Shown piece after piece: positions 59,172-64,000 of a stretch of 64,000 nt of DNA. Under the pieces are notes generated by a model. The model saw nothing but the letters and a program-made list of their open reading frames with translations. It ran no database searches and was not told the DNA's origin. The first letter of the stretch is position 1, and each line of letters opens with the position of its first letter. The position numbers and the translations under genes are program-made. The stretch is from a virus, in the IMG/VR virus record IMGVR_UViG_3300042484_001802; one strand, 5' to 3'.

Positions 59172-62100
59172 ATGGCAAACGAATTTAAAATTAAGAACGG
59201 ACTTGTTGTGTCCGGATCAGCAGAAATTGAAAATAATTTAATCGTACGTGGTACCTTAACAGCGGATTTGGTAAACATCTCTCTTGTTAGTTCATCAGTA
59301 CTATATGAAAGTGGTTCAACCAAATTTGGTAACACTTCAGACGATTTTCATGAATTTACAGGTTCATTATCTATTAGCGGTTCGTTAAATATTAACGGAA
59401 CATCTTATACTTCAGCAACAAGCGGAACATCAGGTACTTCTGGTTCATCAGGAACTAGTGGTTCATCAGGAACTGCCGGCTCTAGTGGTACGTCAGGCAC
59501 ATCTGGTAGTTCAGGAACTGCTGGTACTTCGGGTTCTAGTGGCTCAAGCGGAACATCAGGAAGTTCTGGGTCTTCCGGAACAAGTGGAACCTCAGGTACG
59601 TCTGGGTCTTCTGGTTCGAGTGGTACTTCAGGTACGAGTGGGTCTTCAGGAAGTTCTGGTTCGTCAGGAACGAGTGGTACATCTGGCACTAGTGGAACGT
59701 CAGGTTCTTCTGGTAGTTCGGGGTCAAGCGGAACTTCAGGTTCTTCGGGTTCGTCTGGAACATCTGGAAGTTCAGGTTCTAGTGGAACGGCTGGCACTAG
59801 TGGTACATCAGGTTCTTCAGGTAGTTCTGGAACAAGTGGTAGTTCAGGGTCAAGTGGTACGTCTGGGACGAGTGGCACATCCGGGTCTTCAGGATCTAGT
59901 GGTACATCAGGTAGTTCAGGTTCATCTGGAACAAGTGGCACTTCAGGTACGTCAGGGTCTTCTGGTTCTAGTGGTACATCAGGGTCTTCTGGTAGCTCAG
60001 GAACGTCAGGTTCTAGTGGTACTAGTGGTAGTTCAGGTTCTAGTGGAACATCAGGTTCTTCAGGTAGTTCTGGAACAAGTGGAACTTCTGGTACATCGGG
60101 ATCAAGTGGATCTAGTGGAACATCGGGATCAAGTGGATCTAGTGGAACATCAGGTTCTTCGGGTTCAAGTGGTACCAGTGGTACATCTGGCTCTAGTGGA
60201 TCTAGCGGTACTGTAACAATGACTGGAACACAAGATAACGGTATCTTAACACTTAATGGTTCCTCACCAAATGCTACAGTTGAAAGTAATCTAAGATTTG
60301 ATGGCTCATTACTAACGGTTGTCGGCAATGAAACTATATCAGGTTCATTAATTGTTACAAACGACTTTACAGTATTAGGTTCTTCTTCAATATTATATGT
60401 AACATCATCACAACTTAGAATTGCAGATAATATTATCACAGTTAACACTTCAAATCCAGGCGCCAGATTTGGTGGTTTAGAGGTATTTGATTCTGGTTCA
60501 ATTAATAATGCCACCGGATCAATTCTTTGGGATTCTGTTAATAACAGATGGATATATCAAAATTCAAGTGATGCTGGTTATGGTGGGGGTATGTTTTTAT
60601 CTGGACCACGTAGTTCAGGGTCTTTAGGGTCTGAATTATCGTTAACAAGTGGTAAAATAGCAAAATCGGCAGGTGGTGACCATCTTAACGATTCAAATAT
60701 AACTGATACGGGTACTTTAGTATCAATAAATTCAAATACAGAAATAACAGGTACGTTAAGAGTAACTTCAAATTTATTTATTAACGGAACTTCATATACT
60801 GCTGCTACTTCAGGTACTTCGGGTACATCAGGTTCAAGTGGTACGTCTGGAACATCCGGTTCATCGGGAACTGCGGGTTCATCTGGAACATCAGGTAGTT
60901 CAGGGTCATCTGGTACATCAGGTTCTTCAGGTTCAAGTGGAACATCGGGCACTAGTGGAACATCAGGTAGTTCAGGTTCAAGTGGAACATCTGGGTCTTC
61001 TGGTAGTTCAGGAACGTCTGGAACAAGTGGAACATCCGGTTCTAATGGTTCTAGTGGAACTTCAGGTAGTTCTGGATCATCAGGTACTAGTGGTACTTCA
61101 GGTTCGTCAGGTAGTTCAGGGTCAAGCGGAACGTCTGGGTCTTCTGGTTCTAGTGGTACATCGGGTTCTAGTGGAACGTCGGGTTCTTCAGGTTCAAGTG
61201 GTAGTTCGGGATCAAACGGGTCAAGCGGTACTTCAGGTTCTAGTGGTTCTAGCGGCACATCGGGCAGTTCAGGTTCTTCTGGTTCGTCAGGCACTTCTGG
61301 ATCTAGTGGGTCTTCAGGTAGCTCAGGATCTAGTGGTTCATCAGGTTCATCAGGAAGTTCTGGGTCTTCTGGAACATCTGGTTCTAGCGGGTCTTCTGGG
61401 ACATCTGGTTCTAGTGGTAGTTCTGGCTCATCTGGATCTAGTGGTTCATCAGGAAGTTCTGGTTCGTCAGGTACTTCAGGTTCTAGTGGGTCTTCTGGAA
61501 GTTCTGGATCTAGTGGTTCATCAGGTTCATCAGGTTCATCAGGAAGTTCTGGTTCATCAGGCGCTGCGACAATTAATAGTAACGTAAACGATTATGTTTT
61601 AACAGCAACAGGTACCGCCGGACTAATTCAAGGTGAATCAAATTTAACATTTGATGGTTCAACATTATCAACGAGTAACGTTACCGCTACTGGTACGTAT
61701 AATACAAATGCGTCATCAAGTAGAAACAAATATAACGTTTATTCAACGGGTGCAAGTCCTTACGCTATTGGTATGCAATCAGCAATCACTTATGGTGGTT
61801 TAAATGACTGGGGAATGACCTTCCAATTTAACAACGACAGCGGCAGAGGATTCTGGTGGGGTGACGAAGGACATTCAACAGCACAAGGTGCTATGGCATT
61901 AACTACTGACGGTAGATTAACAGTGGCAAATGATGTTAGAATCGGTTATGGTGAATCTGACGTCACAACACCAACACTACCATTACAAGTATATGGTTCT
62001 GGTGGAACAATTGTTGATATTCAAGGTTCTAGTGGGCAGTTATTCTCGGTAACAGATGATTTAACTGGTGACATATTCTCTATTTCAGATATATCAGGTA

Positions 62101-62375
62101 TACCATTCATAAATGTTAATACAACAAATGGTACTAGTTTTGGATATCATATATTCCCATCAGTTAACAACACCTATAACTTAGGTACATCAGCACTTAG
62201 ATGGGCAAACGTTTTTACGAATGACTTACACTTAAGTAATGAAGGTAAAGAAGGTGGGAATGAAATTGATGGTACAACTGGTAATTGGACTATTCAGGAA
62301 GGGGAAGAAAATCTGTATATTATCAATAATAAGAATGGTAAAAAGTTCAAAATCAATCTAACGGAAATAGAATAA
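59172..62375 (+). CDS. Collagen-like (Gly-Ser/Thr-Ser) tail fibre protein
   Basis: Two Gly-X-Y tracts; C-terminal DLHLSNEG..DGTTGNWTIQEGEENLY motif typical of aquatic myovirus fibre termini. Confidence 0.8.
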   Translation: MANEFKIKNGLVVSGSAEIENNLIVRGTLTADLVNISLVSSSVLYESGSTKFGNTSDDFHEFTGSLSISGSLNINGTSYTSATSGTSGTSGSSGTSGSSGTAGSSGTSGTSGSSGTAGTSGSSGSSGTSGSSGSSGTSGTSGTSGSSGSSGTSGTSGSSGSSGSSGTSGTSGTSGTSGSSGSSGSSGTSGSSGSSGTSGSSGSSGTAGTSGTSGSSGSSGTSGSSGSSGTSGTSGTSGSSGSSGTSGSSGSSGTSGTSGTSGSSGSSGTSGSSGSSGTSGSSGTSGSSGSSGTSGSSGSSGTSGTSGTSGSSGSSGTSGSSGSSGTSGSSGSSGTSGTSGSSGSSGTVTMTGTQDNGILTLNGSSPNATVESNLRFDGSLLTVVGNETISGSLIVTNDFTVLGSSSILYVTSSQLRIADNIITVNTSNPGARFGGLEVFDSGSINNATGSILWDSVNNRWIYQNSSDAGYGGGMFLSGPRSSGSLGSELSLTSGKIAKSAGGDHLNDSNITDTGTLVSINSNTEITGTLRVTSNLFINGTSYTAATSGTSGTSGSSGTSGTSGSSGTAGSSGTSGSSGSSGTSGSSGSSGTSGTSGTSGSSGSSGTSGSSGSSGTSGTSGTSGSNGSSGTSGSSGSSGTSGTSGSSGSSGSSGTSGSSGSSGTSGSSGTSGSSGSSGSSGSNGSSGTSGSSGSSGTSGSSGSSGSSGTSGSSGSSGSSGSSGSSGSSGSSGSSGTSGSSGSSGTSGSSGSSGSSGSSGSSGSSGSSGTSGSSGSSGSSGSSGSSGSSGSSGSSGSSGAATINSNVNDYVLTATGTAGLIQGESNLTFDGSTLSTSNVTATGTYNTNASSSRNKYNVYSTGASPYAIGMQSAITYGGLNDWGMTFQFNNDSGRGFWWGDEGHSTAQGAMALTTDGRLTVANDVRIGYGESDVTTPTLPLQVYGSGGTIVDIQGSSGQLFSVTDDLTGDIFSISDISGIPFINVNTTNGTSFGYHIFPSVNNTYNLGTSALRWANVFTNDLHLSNEGKEGGNEIDGTTGNWTIQEGEENLYIINNKNGKKFKINLTEIE
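59424..60209 (+). repeat. Coding (G-S-S/G-T-S)n tract 1, about 87 triplets
   Basis: Gly every third residue. Confidence 0.95.
60813..61562 (+). repeat. Coding (G-S-S/G-T-S)n tract 2, about 83 triplets
   Basis: Gly every third residue. Confidence 0.95.
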
Positions 62376-62378
62376 TAT

Positions 62379-63011
62379 ATGGCTTTCAATATTGGTGGTA
62401 CAACCCTAAGTAGCTCAACAATTACACCTACAAGTGGATTGTTTACATTATCAAGTACGGAATTATCTGGAACTGGTTATGTAACAAAAGGCACAACAAA
62501 AGCATTTAGTGCTAATGGAAGTACTGGTGGTGCTTATAGTAATGGTTGGCAATATCCAAACAATACTGGGTGGGATGGTGCTGGTAATTGGCAAGTGTTT
62601 ACTGGGTCAAAAATTGGTTGGGTAACAGATGCACAAAGAGGTAGTGATTTTAGCACCTCAACAGGGAGATTTACCGCTTCTGTAGCTGGTTGGTATGTGT
62701 TTAGTGCAAGTGCATATGCGTTAAATGATTTAGCTGCGCCATATAACACTGGTTCAGGTTATATTCACTTACAATTTGCCAAAAATGGGTCAAGAGATTG
62801 GAACAACGGGTATAACCCATTAACGATTTATATGTATGGTGCTGCAGGAGGTAATTCTGGGGCTAGTAGTGGTTATGCAGATGGCGCAACAGTAAATGGT
62901 GTTATGCAACTTGCTGTTGGTGACTACGTTGAGATGCATATGTATATAAACGCAAATTCAACAAGAGTTTATGCACCATATACTACGTTTTTTGGTGCAC
63001 TAGTTGGTTAA
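62379..63011 (+). CDS. C1q/TNF-like domain protein (putative receptor-binding tip)
   Basis: AFSA, FSTSTGRFTASVAGWYVFS, QLAVGDYVE, TTFFGALV. Confidence 0.8.
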   Translation: MAFNIGGTTLSSSTITPTSGLFTLSSTELSGTGYVTKGTTKAFSANGSTGGAYSNGWQYPNNTGWDGAGNWQVFTGSKIGWVTDAQRGSDFSTSTGRFTASVAGWYVFSASAYALNDLAAPYNTGSGYIHLQFAKNGSRDWNNGYNPLTIYMYGAAGGNSGASSGYADGATVNGVMQLAVGDYVEMHMYINANSTRVYAPYTTFFGALVG

Positions 63012-63039
63012 TAATATTTATATTTATAAAAAGTAAAAT

Positions 63040-63330
63040 ATGGTAACATACACAATTACATTATCAGATGCAGAAGACAAAGCATTAGGATATGTCGCAT
63101 TATCACAACAAGATTGGATGGAAAATGCAATTAAAGCAAGATGCGAAAACGCAATTCAAGAAATTTTTCAATTAGAAGTTGAAAGAAAGATTGCTGCGGG
63201 TGAATCAATAACTGGTACTAAAGAAGAAATTGTTTTAGCAGCTAATATTAGAAGTGCTGCTGAAAGAGCATCTGACCCACCACCAGACATTTATGGAATA
63301 ACTAATATAATCCCAGATCCTTTCGTATAA
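63040..63330 (+). CDS. Small tail-fibre-associated protein (putative adaptor/chaperone)
   Basis: YTITLSDAEDKAL..QDWMENAI..R; lies between C1q-like genes. Confidence 0.55.
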   Translation: MVTYTITLSDAEDKALGYVALSQQDWMENAIKARCENAIQEIFQLEVERKIAAGESITGTKEEIVLAANIRSAAERASDPPPDIYGITNIIPDPFV

Positions 63331-63902
63331 TGGCAACATATATTGGTAATAGCACATTAACATCATCAACTTACACGGCATCAGGTAACTCACTTGGTGT
63401 CAGTGGTAATCTTGCTATTACTGGGAACGTTAGTATTAGTGGACAACCAGCATTTAACGCTAGAGGTACTGGTGGTTGGCTTTATAATAGTAGTTTTTCA
63501 GGTGCTGGATGGGGTGAATTAGGTTCTGGAATGGGTTGGGTGTCCACACAGCAAGGCACAGGTTCTTATGGATTTAATAATAGTAATGGCAGATACACCG
63601 CACCAATAACAGGAAAATATTATTTTCACGCATCTACACACTATTACAATGACAGTAACGGTACAGCAAATTATATACATTGGCTTTTTGGTGTGAATGG
63701 TTCACCAAGTTGGAATGTCGGAAGTACTCCATATAACATTTATGCTCACGGAGAAGTTGCCAACTATGCGGATGGTATTAACGTATCTGGTGTCATTAGT
63801 TTAAGTCAAGGTGATTATGTGAGTATACGTCCATATTGGGCTGGGAGTGGCGGTAGATTGTATGCTTACCACACATTATTTTGTGCACATTTAATCATGT
63901 AA
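63330..63902 (+). CDS. C1q/TNF-like domain protein, paralog of 62379
   Basis: QPAFNA, FNNSNGRYTAPITGKYYF, LSQGDYVS, YADG motif shared with 62379. Confidence 0.8.
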   Translation: MATYIGNSTLTSSTYTASGNSLGVSGNLAITGNVSISGQPAFNARGTGGWLYNSSFSGAGWGELGSGMGWVSTQQGTGSYGFNNSNGRYTAPITGKYYFHASTHYYNDSNGTANYIHWLFGVNGSPSWNVGSTPYNIYAHGEVANYADGINVSGVISLSQGDYVSIRPYWAGSGGRLYAYHTLFCAHLIM

Positions 63903-63905
63903 ATT

Positions 63906-64000
63906 ATGGGAATTAACGTAGGCGGTACAACATATGATTCAACGATATTCACACCAACAGGTGGGATATTAAACATTTCTGGTAATCTAACTATTGGTAC
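63906..64000 (+). CDS. 5' end of a probable third C1q-like paralog (truncated by window)
   Basis: MGINVGGTTYDSTIFTPTGGILNISGNLTIG resembles the N-termini of 62379 and 63330. Confidence 0.55.
   Translation, partial: MGINVGGTTYDSTIFTPTGGILNISGNLTIG

Noticed and set aside
59405-61587. Long alternative-frame ORFs (59405-60514 -, 59458-60216 +, 60578-61294 -, 60838-61587 +)
   Set aside because: Gly/Ser/Thr codons have no T in position 2, so the shifted frame cannot contain stops; the antisense frame is open for a similar reason. No independent coding evidence.
62379-64000. Diversity-generating retroelement acting on the C1q-like genes
   Set aside because: No reverse transcriptase and no near-identical template/variable repeat pair differing at adenines in this window.
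1-64000. Stop-codon reassignment as in some large phages
   Set aside because: Conserved genes are full length under the standard bacterial code, and TAG ends sbcC and clpP at the expected positions.

Overview
A 64-kb, strongly AT-rich, densely coding segment that reads as a large (jumbo-type) tailed myovirus genome, probably infecting a Bacteroidota host. Host evidence: TTTG-N19/20-TAnnTT(T/A)G promoters, little Shine-Dalgarno signal, a Bacteroidota-type sigma factor, an Hc1-like protein and D-[ST]-hydrophobic sequons in exported proteins. Gene order: replicative helicase (3' part); class Ia ribonucleotide reductase nrdB-nrdA; a 25-kb baseplate/appendage module (gp25-, gp6/J- and gp7/I-like wedge proteins plus Thr-Pro- and Cys-rich accessory proteins); a recombination/replication module (RuvC-like, primase, PD-(D/E)XK nuclease, SbcD, SbcC, DEDDh exonuclease); ClpP; putative envelope/lysis genes; sigma factor; putative head-internal proteins; NusG, AAA ATPase, thioredoxin, glutaredoxin; then a tail-fibre module with a proline-free collagen-like protein and tandem C1q-like genes. 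No tRNA, rRNA, CRISPR array, integrase or transposase was seen. The most unusual items: (i) a baseplate protein carrying an apparently dead Hint domain followed by a (Thr-X)n scaffold with 13 single-Cys strand motifs, directly upstream of six accessory genes with related N-terminal domains, a possible scaffold-and-docking appendage system; (ii) a single-gene transcript whose 5' and 3' ends are complementary over 15 nt; (iii) a stand-alone ~75-nt hairpin RNA candidate with its own promoter and terminator; (iv) a virion-protein-restricted [ST]-G-x-T motif; (v) a TATTTAT late-promoter candidate. All family assignments come from motif recognition by eye; no searches were run.
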